From Macrostomum lignano (lineage: Eukaryota), in contig NIVC01000525.1 in the NCBI GenBank assembly GCA_002269645.1, positions 382,851-445,520 of the forward strand: DNA of 62,670 bases, given 5' to 3'. Position numbers and translations under genes: made by a program. Below the pieces are notes generated by a model. The model did not search any database, had not been told where the DNA came from, and saw only the letters and a program-made list of their open reading frames with translations. How positions within the stretch are numbered: the first letter of the stretch is position 1; each line of letters starts with the position of its first letter. Below, piece by piece: positions 1 to 12,077 of this stretch.

Positions 1-1059
1 CAATAGGTCAGGGAGGGGCATCCGTGAGAGTCTGAAAATCTCCCAGAGGCTCATGACCCCTGCATTTTCTTTGTTGAGGGTCATGTTACGAGCCGTACAC
101 TTCAATCTTTAGTCCTAGAACTCCTTGCATCAAAGTCCCATGGCCTGTAGTTATAGCATTGGTTGACACAGCCCATCTCCCATTGGCTGTGTCCGGGCCA
201 GTGTACGCAGTGGGCCAGAAGTGGGGCATGCACTGGCGTATATCAGAAGCCTCTCTAAAAAAGACACTGAACAGCGCGAACAACGATTTATTTATCCCTT
301 CTTTTCGCTTCATCAACTACTAATTTTGCTTGAGAACTTCTTTTCTCTCTAGTCTGCGAGTTCGATTAGTTAAACAGCTCAGGACTAGCTCAAGTAGGAA
401 CGATTGAAAAAATACAGACACTAATGCCTGCTGCCGGGGCTGCTCTCCGTGGCAGCTCAAGCGGGTGAGTCCAATACTATTCAACTGAAACTGCTATAAT
501 CCTGTCCAGCCAGCCAAGAAGCTTTTAACCAAGGACTCTTCTTCTAGTGGTCCTTGCTTTAAACATTCCGGGTTTAAACGGCTATTTATTAATTTAAGCA
601 AAAACACACAAGACACAAGGAAGATTTAGAAACTTTCACTGAGTCATTCTTCTCTTCTCTCAAATGCTCTCCCTATTGAGAGTGCAAGTTCTGAGTCTGT
701 GTGACTCAACTGACCCCCTTCCTCAACTTCTCCGTGCTGAGGACACGCCCCGCGTATGGCTTCAGGTTTCTGTTACAACAGCCTGATTACACGCTCCGAT
801 AATTTGTTTAGTTCCGCGTAGTCTGAAAAGCACGTGCGATCATTAGGACGGTACGTTTGTGCAGCATGAGACTAGCCCTACAAGTGCCCTGCTAGCCTGC
901 TTGTCAGCAGCAGCCGTACTCGAGTGCTGAAAACTGATTCGGTTGGTCTCTTTTTCTGGCAGGCAGCCAAATTCCTCTCCTGGCCAACCTCTGCTGGGCT
1001 GATCGCCTGTCCCTCACCTTTCCCTGTCCTGCCTCCCCCCTCTCTGTCGCCATTCTCTC

Positions 1060-1715
1060 CCCTCATCTCCCCTCACATTCTTCTCTCACATCTCTTCTCT
1101 CACATCTCTTCTCTCACATCTCTCCCCTAACATCTCTCTCCTCAAATCTCTCCCCTCAAATCTCACTTCTCACATCTCTCCCTTCACATCTCTCCCCTCA
1201 CATCTCTCCCTTCGTATCTTTCCCCTCATATCTCTCCCCTGAGATCTCTCCCGTCATATCTCTCTCACATCTCTCCCCTCACATCTCATCCCTCACATCT
1301 CTCCCCTCGTATCTTTCCCCTCACATCTCTCCCCTGAGATCTCTCCCGTCATATCTCTCTCACATCTCTCCCCTCACATCTCATCCCTCACATCTCTCCC
1401 CTCGTATCTTTCCCCTCACATCTCTCCCCTGAGATCTCTCCCGTCATATCTCTCTCACATCTCTCCCCTCACATCTCTCCCCTCACATCTCTCCCCTCAA
1501 ATCTCTCCTCTCATATCTCTCCCCTCACATCTCATCCCTCACATCTCTCCCCTCACATCTCATCCCTCACATCTCTCCCTCACATCTCATCCCTCACATC
1601 TCTCCCCTCACATCTCATCCCTCACATCTCTCCCCTCACATCTCATCCCTCACATCTCTCCCCTCACATCTCATCCCTCACATCTCTCCCCTCACATCTC
1701 TCCCCTCTCACCTCA
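1060..1715. repeat. Minisatellite, ~14-bp unit CACATCTCTCCCCT
   Basis: Tandem units with variants read directly; edges approximate. Confidence 0.92.
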
Positions 1716-2516
1716 CCCCTGACTCTCCCTGTATCCGATCTCGCCCTTAACTATTTTATCTCTATACATGTCGGTATATTCGATCCGACCTCGTTAGTTC
1801 CGCCCCTACTTAGCTCGCTAATCTTTCCAAAACCCAAATATGGACCAGCTGTGCACCTTTATCTCAGCTATCAGATTTCTTTTGATTTAAGCGTTTTTAC
1901 TAGTAGGTCAATCTGTCAACCTGTCAGCTCTTCCAGTCTCAGGCCTGAACGATAAGTCTGTCCCCCGTCGAAGTGTAGGTTTTCTCACTAAAGCATATAG
2001 AATTTCAACATGTATGATATATAATATATACAGCATATGTATACCCCAGCATATTCCATGTATAAAATTACATCGCAAATATATTTTGATTTTTATAGAA
2101 TAAAGTTGGCCACTTCTCGATCATTCTACGAGTATCTCAGCGAAGGATGTCCTTCTGTATATTTGCTTCTGCCCTGCTGACTTCTTAGCTCTCCGGTCTC
2201 TCCTTAGGAGTGATTGACAGATTCCAGAGCCCTGCAATCTATAATCCAATTCAGATATCCCCAGCTGCGGGCAGTCGGGTCAGAGGTTTTATCATTTCAA
2301 CACGAACCAAAAACAAACTAGATTAGTCTGAAAACCGTTTGGATGCAAATTTTCTCTCTAGAAACTCTTTGTCCATGGGGTCAAAAACTTTTTCTCGACT
2401 TTTTTCATTTCGGTTGATCGGGAATGACCATCTTGACGGAAATTTCACTTAAGATGGCTGGCTGACCCCAGAACAGAAATAAGACTTTGAAGAGAAGATA
2501 TTGAACTTATGCGATG

Positions 2517-3330
2517 GATTCTTGACACATGGAGAGGGCATCTTGACCCATGGAGAGAGCATCTTGACCCATGGAGAGAACATCTTGACCCATGGAGAGG
2601 GCATTTTGACCCATGGAGAGAACATCTTGACCCATGGAGAGGGCATCTTGACCCATGTAGAGCGCAATCGTGACCCATTGAGAGAGCATCTTGACTCATG
2701 GAGACAGCATCTTGACTCATGGAGAGAGCATCTTGACCCATGGAGAGAACATCTTGACCCATGGAGAGGGCATCTTGACCCCTGGAGAGGGCATCTTGAC
2801 CCATGGAGAGAGCATCTTGACCCATGGAGAGGGCAATCTTGACCCATGTAGAGGGCAATCTTGACCCATGGAGAGGGCGTCTTGACCCATGGAGAGGGCA
2901 ATCTTGACCCATGTAGAGGGCAATCTTGACCCATGAAGAGGCATCTTGACCGATGGAGAGGGCATCTTGACCCATGGAGAGGGCATCTTGACCCATTGCA
3001 TCTTGACCCATGGCGTCTTGACCCATGGGATCATGACCCATGGAAAGGGCATCTTGACCCATGGCATCTTGACCCACGCATCTTGACCCATGGAATCATG
3101 ACCCATGGAAAGGGCATCTTGACCCCATGGAAAGGGCATCTTGACCCCATGGAAAGGGCATCTTGACCCCATGGAGAGGGCATCTTGACCCATGGCATCT
3201 TGACCCACGCATCTTGACCCATGGGATCATGACCCAGGAGAGGACATCTTGAACCATGGAGAGGGCATCTTGACTCATTGAAAGGGCATCTTGAACCATG
3301 GAGAGGGCATCTTGACCCATGGAGCTTGAC
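2517..3330. repeat. Minisatellite, ~21-bp unit CATCTTGACCCATGGAGAGGG
   Basis: Tandem copies read directly; explains the overlapping repetitive ORFs 2445-3407; ends just before the ATG at 3344. Confidence 0.93.
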
Positions 3331-3343
3331 CCCAGGTTGACTG

Positions 3344-4084
3344 ATGACAGCAAAAATGAGGGATGTTTGGCCACACGCCAAAGCACACGAAACACCCCCA
3401 TCTCCAAAAAGTTGCTTAAATTGCAGCCTCAGTCGAGCCGTGGCGCAAGCGTGTCTTCTGCTTCTAGCGGGTGCAGCGGTTGCCTCTTTGGCCACAGCCG
3501 GGCCCGCTGCTTGGAGCCTGAAGTGCCCGGTCAACATCACTTCGGCTTCGTCCAGCAGCTGGGCTACCACCGATGGTTGCAGTTTCTGTGTGGACTTCAA
3601 GAGTCACCTGGACGGCAGCCGGCTGCTCCTGTGCGCCGTCGCTCCCCCGGCGGGCTCGCCGGCTACGCAGGATGAGAACGACCTGCTGCGAGCGGCCTCC
3701 GGGCTGAACAACAATGCCGTGGCTCAATTGGAGCTCCTGACAGCTTGGCGGATCTCAAGACGGTGCCAGGAGGCCTGCGGGACAGCCGCGTCCAGCTGCG
3801 AGTATGGCAAGGTGACTTGGCACAACATCACGGATGCTGACGGCCGGCTGATCGACACGGTACTGCTGCTGAACGCGACTTATCGCTGCTGCCGGGACGG
3901 CGACTTCTGCAGCGTCGAGAGTCCGACAGCGGCGCCGGTGGCTGCCGAGGTGGAAAATCTGTCGGACGACAACCGGTCTGGTGGGAGTCATCCGAGCAGA
4001 CCATCCTATTGGCTGACTGTCTTTCTGTTGTGCGCACTCTCCGCTGGGTCTGAGCGCTCCGTTCAGTATTTAGGTCTGAGCTAG
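3344..4084 (+). CDS. Secreted/GPI-anchored Ly6-uPAR (three-finger)-like protein, single coding exon
   Basis: 246-aa GC-rich ORF; hydrophobic signal-like segment (ACLLLLAGAAVASLATA); 10 Cys in the mature region starting LKC and ending CCRDGDFC (Ly6 CCxxDxCN-like); N-glycosylation sequons; spacer plus hydrophobic C-terminus (YWLTVFLLCALS) like a GPI signal. Confidence 0.72.
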   Translation: MTAKMRDVWPHAKAHETPPSPKSCLNCSLSRAVAQACLLLLAGAAVASLATAGPAAWSLKCPVNITSASSSSWATTDGCSFCVDFKSHLDGSRLLLCAVAPPAGSPATQDENDLLRAASGLNNNAVAQLELLTAWRISRRCQEACGTAASSCEYGKVTWHNITDADGRLIDTVLLLNATYRCCRDGDFCSVESPTAAPVAAEVENLSDDNRSGGSHPSRPSYWLTVFLLCALSAGSERSVQYLGLS

Positions 4085-4264
4085 TTTAGAGTGGCTCATG
4101 CTAGGTCAGACTTAGTCAAGGTAGGTCAAAATTGCTCATAGGTAGGTCAGGCTAGGTTGGACAAGGTCAAACGATGGTATGGCTACTTAGGTCATTCCAT
4201 GTCGCAGTAGGTCCAGGAAGATTAGACAAGGTCATGTTAGGTCACAGTAGGTCATTCTAGGTTA

Positions 4265-4790
4265 GAGTAGGTCACAAAAGGCCACAGTAGGTCACAAAAG
4301 GTCACAGTAGGTCACAAAAGGTCACAGTAGGTCACAAAAGGTCACAGTAGGTCACAAAAAAACACAGTAGGTCACAAAAGGACACAGTAGGTCGCAAAAG
4401 GTCACAGTAGGTCACAAAAGGTCACAGTAGGTCACAGTAGGTCACAGTAGGTCACAAAAGGTCACAGTAGGTCACAAAAGGACACAGTAGGTCGCAAAAG
4501 GTCACAGTAGGTCACAAAAGGTCACAGTAGGTCACAAAAGGTCACAGTAGGTCACAAAAGGTCACAGTAGGTCACAAAAGGATACGGTAGGTCACAAAAG
4601 GTCACAGTAGGTCACAAAAGGTCACAGTAGGTCCAAAGGTCACAGTAGGTCACAAAGGTCACAGTAGGTCACAAAAGGTCACAGTAGGTCACAAAAGGTC
4701 ACAGTAGGTCACAAAAGGTCACAGTAGGTCACAAAAGGTCACAAAAGGTCACAGTAGGTCACAAAAGGACACGGTAGGTCACGAAGGTCA
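4265..4790. repeat. Minisatellite, 20-bp unit AGGTCACAGTAGGTCACAAA (10-bp dimer)
   Basis: Tandem copies; degenerate AGGTCA-containing units extend back to about 4100. Confidence 0.92.
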
Positions 4791-5189
4791 TAATTAGTCA
4801 GAAAAAGCAGGTCACAACCAAGTTACAGTGGATCAGACAGGCTGAGAGATTTTCTATTTATTGTTAATGTTATTGCTGTTAGTATTACTAATTAGTATTG
4901 CTTTTTCATTCATTCCGCAAGTCCCGGTGGATCCCTACTCCCCCTTTCGAGGACACTTTTTTGGCCTTGCACTTTAACAAAAGTATCGAAGTTGTACGAG
5001 CGTACCTGTAACAGTTTGTAATTGTCTGTAAATTAATTATATATGAGCTAGATTGTGACAATAAAATTCATCTTGTTTTTTCTGTAGCAAGGCCAAAAAA
5101 ATGTATGCTTTACAAAGTGCTGTAATTTGAGGTGCCAGACCCACGCCACTAACAACAGAATCTCAAATATTTACCATGCAATCTCGCCT

Positions 5190-5368
5190 CACCGTTTAAT
5201 CTCAAACCTTCCAATCTCATACCTTCCAATCTCATACCTTCCAATCTCATACCTTCCAATCTCATACCTTCCAATCTCATACCTTCCAATCTCATACCTT
5301 CCAATCTCATACCTTCCAATCTCATACCTTCCAATCTCATACCTTCCAATCTCATACCTTCCAATCTT
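5190..5368. repeat. Minisatellite, 15-bp unit CCAATCTCATACCTT
   Basis: Near-perfect tandem copies (gives LPISY/EGMRL ORFs). Confidence 0.93.
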
Positions 5369-5802
5369 CCTCTAGCTCTTACCTTCTAACTTCTAATCTA
5401 CATTCGAATAACTTTCTAATCTTTTCAACTTCCAACCCACATGGGAAGAGCTGAAGGTATGTCTGTAGCGCTATGCTCGTATTTTAAGATTGATCGATAA
5501 TGACAGCAATTACTCAAGCAGCCCAGTTTCTCATCTCAATCTCGTTCCAATTATATGAGATTGCATAAAATGGCCAGGGGCGCTATTTTCAGCAGGCTTA
5601 AACGAAGCGACTAATTAATGCTTTTTCATCTACGCTTCTACGTTGTAATTGGAAATCAGCAATTGCAGGCATAGTCGAGCTTGAGCATTGATTTTCGGTC
5701 CAAGAGGGAGGCCAAGGAAATTGGAACATGCGACAGTACTCTCGTAATGTTAGAAAATGCACTTAGCTGTCTTCAGGCTACATCAGGCCAGAGGATCGTA
5801 TC

Positions 5803-6386
<584 letters not shown>

Positions 6387-6628
6387 TCTATAATGCATGC
6401 AGTACCCAGGCCCACACTCTGTTTCCATCTCTCTCGTTCCCTGTCTGTCAGCACCGCATGCACAAGAAACATGTACAGTGCTAAAACCCCGGGCGCACAT
6501 TCACAAGGCCCGTCTCAGACAAATAATTGGCTCAGCTGAAGATTCCGTCAGTGCCATACAACCTTCAGTCCTGGGATGCTGCAGGCGGACAGTTGACCCT
6601 GGTGCAGCTGGCTGCCTGAGGCACTTAC

Positions 6629-6703
6629 GGTATAGGGCTGGTGCCCACAGCTCGCCGCCAAGTTGAAGTGCACCGCCAGCTGTTGCACCGAATCCCACAA
6701 CAA
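6629..6703 (-). other. Candidate 75-nt exon of unknown affiliation
   Basis: Minus strand has acceptor ttctgtttttcctgtcgcag| and donor acc|gtaagt around a GC-rich 75-nt block; phase-0 reading is LLWDSVQQLAVHFNLAASCGHQPYT; all three frames are open. Confidence 0.5.
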
Positions 6704-6817
6704 CTGCGACAGGAAAAACAGAAGGCGGCTTTCCGAGTCTCGACTTTGTAAGAATTAAGCCTAGCAAAATTAGCATTATTGTTGATTATTCGTACCTGTA
6801 TTAAAATTATGAGTATA

Positions 6818-7035
6818 CAATGGATTGCTAATCTATCCAACAAGCTAATGGATAGCTAATCTATCTTAAAAGCTAACGGATTGCTAATCTACCCAACAGG
6901 ATAATGGATTGCTAATCTATCCAACAAAATAGTGGGATTGCTAATCTATCCAACAAAATAGTGGGATTGCTAATCTACCCAACAGGATAATGGATTGCTA
7001 ATCTACCCAACAAGCTAATGGATTGCTAATCTATT
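6818..7035. repeat. Minisatellite ~29 bp, GGATTGCTAATCTA-core family (array 1)
   Basis: Degenerate tandem ATGGATTGCTAATCTA(T/C)CCAACAAGCTA units. Confidence 0.85.
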
Positions 7036-7575
7036 GTATCTTAGTGGTTGTAAGAGTAGAATCAATCGATAGAATCGATCTGTCATTCTGCCTAATATAT
7101 GGGCCAAGATTGGCCTCTCATTAACCGCTTACGAGCTATGTGGCCATAGAAGTTAATGTGAAAAAAATTTGCAACTCGCGACAGCGCGAAAATCAACTAC
7201 TGAACTCAATTTCGTCAGTAGTCTGCTGTGAACCATTCTTAGTTTGATTGAGTAGCTTGTTATTTAATTCGTGAGAAGTTCTATCAAATTCTCAAAAAAT
7301 AGCCTCTATGTCCCCAAGCTACTCAAATCAAGATATAAGCAACCCATGTCGGCTTTTTTGCACAAGTGACGAAAAACATCGGTCGCAATACAAAGTGGCC
7401 TATCTAGATAATAAAAGCTCTATGAAAATACCATTAATAAAGCATACTTTGTTCCATAGAACACGAGTTGCGAATGCTCAACGCTTTGGTTAAATGCCGT
7501 TGCCCGATGAGAATTCTATAAGAAAAAATTCCACTTATTCAAATCGACCCTACCAGTCGCTCTACAAGTTCAAGC

Positions 7576-7950
7576 ATGTCGGGACCTCCTCAGGATGGCA
7601 TCACGCTGGTTCGCGACATCGGCAAGGAGGGCCGCCTGTTTGTGCAGCACTGCCCAGTGTACGCCAGGGCCTACTACTACCAGCTGGTCAACCAGGTGAC
7701 GAATAGCAATGACAATGGGATTCTATTTATCCCTGGCAGAAAGTCCAACAACATTCAGGTGCTGGACCGGCCGGTGCACATCAAAGGCATCTTCGCAGTT
7801 TGGCTGGAGCGAAAGCACTGCAATGTCAACAGCGACAGCGTCAAAGGCGGCTCCCAGATGCACCTCATCTGGGAGGGCAACGTGCTGGCCAAACCGCCGC
7901 CGATGGACGAAATCAGGAACGGGATTGCTTCGCACTGGAACTCCAGCTGA
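7576..7950 (+). CDS. Hypothetical 124-aa protein
   Basis: Complete ORF with C/G-ending codon bias like the other exons, non-repetitive globular-looking sequence, AT-rich flanks; no family recognised. Confidence 0.65.
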   Translation: MSGPPQDGITLVRDIGKEGRLFVQHCPVYARAYYYQLVNQVTNSNDNGILFIPGRKSNNIQVLDRPVHIKGIFAVWLERKHCNVNSDSVKGGSQMHLIWEGNVLAKPPPMDEIRNGIASHWNSS

Positions 7951-8039
7951 GGCGGCAGCTCTCTGCTCACTGGGTGCTGACGTCATCGGGTCATTGGCTC
8001 ATCGGGACTTGACAATTATCAAATTGTGTTGCATTCATG

Positions 8040-8280
8040 ATGTATATTATGCGGTCATGAGCTCATTAGATCATAGACTGATAGGATTATGCGGTCATGA
8101 GCTCATTAGATCATAGACTGATAGGATTATGCGGTCATGAGCTCATTAGATCATAGACTGATAGGATTATGCGGTCATGAGCTCATTAGATCATAGACTG
8201 ATAGGATTATGCGGTCATGAGCTCATTAGATCATAGACTGATAGGATTATGCGGTCATGAGCTCATTAGATCATAGACTT
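8040..8280. repeat. Minisatellite, 40-bp unit GCTCATTAGATCATAGACTGATAGGATTATGCGGTCATGA
   Basis: About 6 near-identical tandem copies. Confidence 0.92.
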
Positions 8281-8519
8281 ACAACTTATGCGCTTGTAGA
8301 TTCATGAGATGAGTTGATAAAGGCATATATGATCGTACGGTCATGTGTTCATTTTAGGGTCACTAGATCTTTGTGTCATTATGATCATATAACCATGTGA
8401 TTAGATCACATCGTTAGATTGATAATATCATTTATGGTATATTGGGTCAACAATTAGCGGATCAAATTTCCATGGCTACTCAAGCTAATTATGGAGTAAA
8501 CTGATAAAATTATACGGTC

Positions 8520-8937
8520 ATTAGACTAATGGGGTCATTAGAGTATGGGGTCATTAGAGTATGAGGTCATTAGCATATTGGGTCATTAGAGTATGGGGTC
8601 ATTAGAGTTTTGGGTCATTAGAGTATTGGGTCAACATCGAATTGGGTCATATCGAACAGGGTCATTAGAGAATTGGGTCATTAGAGAATTGGGTCATATC
8701 GAACAGGGTCATTAGAGAATTGGGTCATTAGAGAATTGGGTCATATCGAACAGGGTCATTAGAGAATTGGGTCATTAGAGAATTGGGTCATTATCGAACT
8801 GGGTCATTAGAGAATTGGGTCATTATCGAACTGGGTCATTAGAGAATTGGGTCATTATCGAACTGGGTCATTAGAGAATTGGGTCATTATCGAACTGAGT
8901 CATTAGAGAATTGGGTCATTATCGAACTGGGTCATTT
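8520..8937. repeat. Minisatellite, 16-17-bp units GGGTCATTAGAGAATT / GGGTCATTATCGAACT
   Basis: Tandem copies of two alternating variants. Confidence 0.9.
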
Positions 8938-10836
8938 GATTTGATTTCATTTGAATTTGAAGCAGCGCAGTTTGTTATAATACTTCACTAATTAAAACTT
9001 TGCATATATTATTTTCAAGCTTCAGAAGTAATTTAAAACACCACTTCAGCCCTTTATGCTTGTGTCCCATTCAGATTAAAGCTGTAATATTGTACTAGCT
9101 TATATGTACTTTGAATATAAACTAAAAAATGAAAGTAAAACTCAAACCAAAAGTTCAAATTTTCGCACGTATCCTTCGAAGAATAATGTTTCACTGAGTT
9201 GGTTGTTGATAATTTGAGGAATTTCTCCTTTTTATCTATTTTATCGTACGCTTCTACAGGTATTAATAAGAGTAAAGTGCATTAACGACACTGCAATTTT
9301 ATACGTATGGATTGACAGGTGTCAATGGGAACAGGAGTGGGGAACCAGAAACCGAGAGGACTGAGATGGAGGATATTAGAGATTAGGAATAATCAGAAAT
9401 ATGTTTATTCAAAGAGAATGACACAGGCAGGAACATAAACAAAAGAGGGATACTATTAAAAGAAAAATCTAGAAGTTGCTATTGAGTTCAATCAGCGACA
9501 GGTTGCAGAGGGCCAACAAAAGTAATAACAGAGAATAATCACACAGGAGTCTCGATAAACTAATTTATCATTGTGACAGAATTTTGAACTTTAGAATGTT
9601 TGATTGATGACAGACAATAAAAGTCGCACAACAAAGTAATCAATTGTGACGAGTCGCCCCGGGATTAACAAGTGAAGCTTACAGACTGGATAGCTAGTAC
9701 TCGTATTTTTCTATAGAGATATAGCCGGCACAAAAAATGAAAGCGCGTCAAGTGAACACAAAAAAATTGATAATTGAAATGTTGACGAACAGTCACAAGT
9801 ATTAAGCGTAAAGTTTAAAGTACAAATTAAAAAGTACAACTTATAAATGACAAATTATATAGAACAAAGTTAAAAGTACAATATAAAGTACAATTATAAA
9901 GTATATTGATACAACGTATAATAGTACAAAGTATAAAGTGACGTAAGATCGCTTAATTTCTATCATCAAATTAGCGGAGGGATTAATAATTTAGTTTAAA
10001 AAGGCACTCTATATTTTTGCCTTTTAAAATATAAACAATTAGTTCGCCGATATGTTGAGTAATTCATTTTACCAATCAGAAATTTACATAGTATAGTGTT
10101 TTCCAAGAAATATAGACGCAAAGAGAAGAGATGGACAGCAAAATGAAAAGCATTCGAGTAATTTGCTCTGCACAAACGAAAAAAATAAGTACACAGTTTA
10201 AGCATTTGGTCGGATATAGATATAAGATCGAATGACGCAATATATATGTATTTAGCATAGGTATATGATTGTTTTTTGTTTGAATAAGTTTTTCCAGTGA
10301 AATTAAAAGTCAACAAAAAAGTTTATATCTGTCTCAGTGCACAGTAAAAAGTGTTTAAAAAAGGATACTGTGCAATTAAGTTGAACTTACTCTCTACTGA
10401 TACTACTCGCTGATTTAGAGTAGTATATAAAAAATCGAAAAATACTCATTCGGGGCGAAATTCCAGTTCTCGCAATATATGGGTTTAAAAAGCGCTTAAA
10501 AATGTGACGCATGTACTTTATTTTGTTTTAGGTTTTTGCCTCTGACAATAGCTCTGGCTACCACTAGATGGGCCACCCCCCTAGTGAAGGACGCTATTGT
10601 CGTTTGGGCAACACTTTAGAGTTTTTTTGGATAAATTTGCTATCCACAAGAAATTTATTGGTAGAGTTTGGAGGTTTTGTCTATGGCCAATACCACCAAC
10701 AGTTATGACGTGTAGGCCAAGGGAGATTAAATAGCTTTGGTCGTGCTATTAGAAAACGGATATCCAAAGTTTGGAGCCTGCAATTTATGGCCACAACTTG
10801 CGAAGCAGAACCTCCCGAACGGAAAAACGGCAATCA

Positions 10837-11088
10837 CTAATCAGCTGCAGCCGCCAACTCGCAGCAGTCCTGCTCTGCCTGCGGGCTCGGCTGCTGCTGG
10901 ACGCGGCACATCAATATTGGCGACTCGGCGCAGGCCACCCAGCGACTCGCTATGGAACAACTCGGCTGTTGCTGCTGCTTCTGGGACTGCTGCTTCTGCA
11001 GCTGCTTGCGCTCCGATTCTTGGTGTTGGGTCTGGTGCGGACACGAGGCTGTTGGTCGTCGGCTTGAGCTGGCTGGCAGAATGTACCG
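10837..11088 (-). CDS. Neuropeptide GPCR exon 5 (C-terminal tail to stop)
   Basis: Acceptor cgcaccgcag|CGG, phase 0 matching exon 4; encodes RYILPASSSRR...AAAAD*. Confidence 0.65.
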   Translation of the reverse strand, partial: RYILPASSSRRPTASCPHQTQHQESERKQLQKQQSQKQQQQPSCSIASRWVACAESPILMCRVQQQPSPQAEQDCCELAAAAD

Positions 11089-11124
11089 CTGCGGTGCGCA
11101 GGTGGGGACCGGGAGGGACTTAGG

Positions 11125-11730
11125 GTGGATTGCTAATCTACCCAACTAGCTCACGGATTGGTAATCTATCCAACTAGCTCACGGATTGCTAATCTATCCA
11201 ACAAGCTAATGGATCGCTAATCTACCCAACAAGCTAATGGATTGCTAATCTATCCAACTAGCTCACGGATTGCTAATCTATCCAACACGACAATGGACTG
11301 CTAATCTACCCAAAAAGCTAATGGATTGCTAATCTACCTAAAAAGCTAATGGATTGCTAATTTATCAAACAAGCTAATGGATTGCTAATCTACCTAAAAA
11401 GCTAATGGATTGCTAATTTATCAAACAAGCTAATGGATTGCTAATTTATTCAACAAGCTAATGAATTGCTAATCTATCCAACAAGATTATGTTTTGCTAA
11501 TCTACCCAACAAGCTAATGGATTGCTAATCTATCCAAGAAGCTAATGGATTGCTAATTTATTCAACAAGCTAATGGATTGCTAATTTATTCAACAAGCTA
11601 ATGGATTGCTAATTTATTCAACAAGCTAATGGATTGCTAATTTATTCAACAAGCTAATGAATTGCTAATCTATCCAACAAGATAATAGATTGCTAATATA
11701 CTTTAAAAGCAAATGGATTGCTAATCTGGC
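11125..11730. repeat. Minisatellite ~29 bp, GGATTGCTAATCTA-core family (array 2), fills most of GPCR intron 4
   Basis: Tandem ATGGATTGCTAAT(C/T)TA(T/C)(C/T)CAACAAGCTA units. Confidence 0.92.
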
Positions 11731-11778
11731 CGACACGGATGCAGGAATATATAAAATAGTTTTCAATCGCGCCCTCAC

Positions 11779-12034
11779 GCATCGCAGTGTATTAAAGAAG
11801 TTGTCCCTGTAGCTCTGGCTGAAGGCGCAATAAATCCAGGGATTAACGCAGCAGTTGCTGATGCCGACCCACTGGATTAGCGGCAGGCTGCCCTCCAGCT
11901 TGAGCTCTCGGCTGACGTAGAACAGAATGCCGACGATGTGCAGCGGCAGCCAGGAGATGGCGAAGATCAGCACGACGGTGGCCAGCATCTTCACCAGCCG
12001 GCTCATCTGCTTCTTGTCGTGCGCGTTCGATGAT
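11779..12034 (-). CDS. Neuropeptide GPCR exon 4 (TM6-TM7-helix 8)
   Basis: Acceptor ctcctcccag|A (phase 2), donor TGC|gtgagg; encodes ...VKMLATVVLIFAISWLPLH...SNCCVNPWIYCAFSQSYRDNFFNTLRC (WxP and NPxxY motifs). Confidence 0.88.
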
Positions 12035-12077
12035 CTGGGAGGAGAGGGGGAGTTTTTCGATCAGAGTCCCATGTGAT

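Noticed and set aside
86-316. Short non-repetitive ORFs (also 17338-17559, 21933-22382, 38318-38560, 38599-38820, 9996-10316)
   Set aside because: No recognisable domain, weak codon bias and no paired splice sites; some may be decayed transposon fragments, but I cannot support a call.
9320-9578. Possible solo LTR (TGTCA...TGACA termini, AATAAA on minus strand)
   Set aside because: Flanks ACAGG and GAATT do not form a TSD and there is no second copy in the window.
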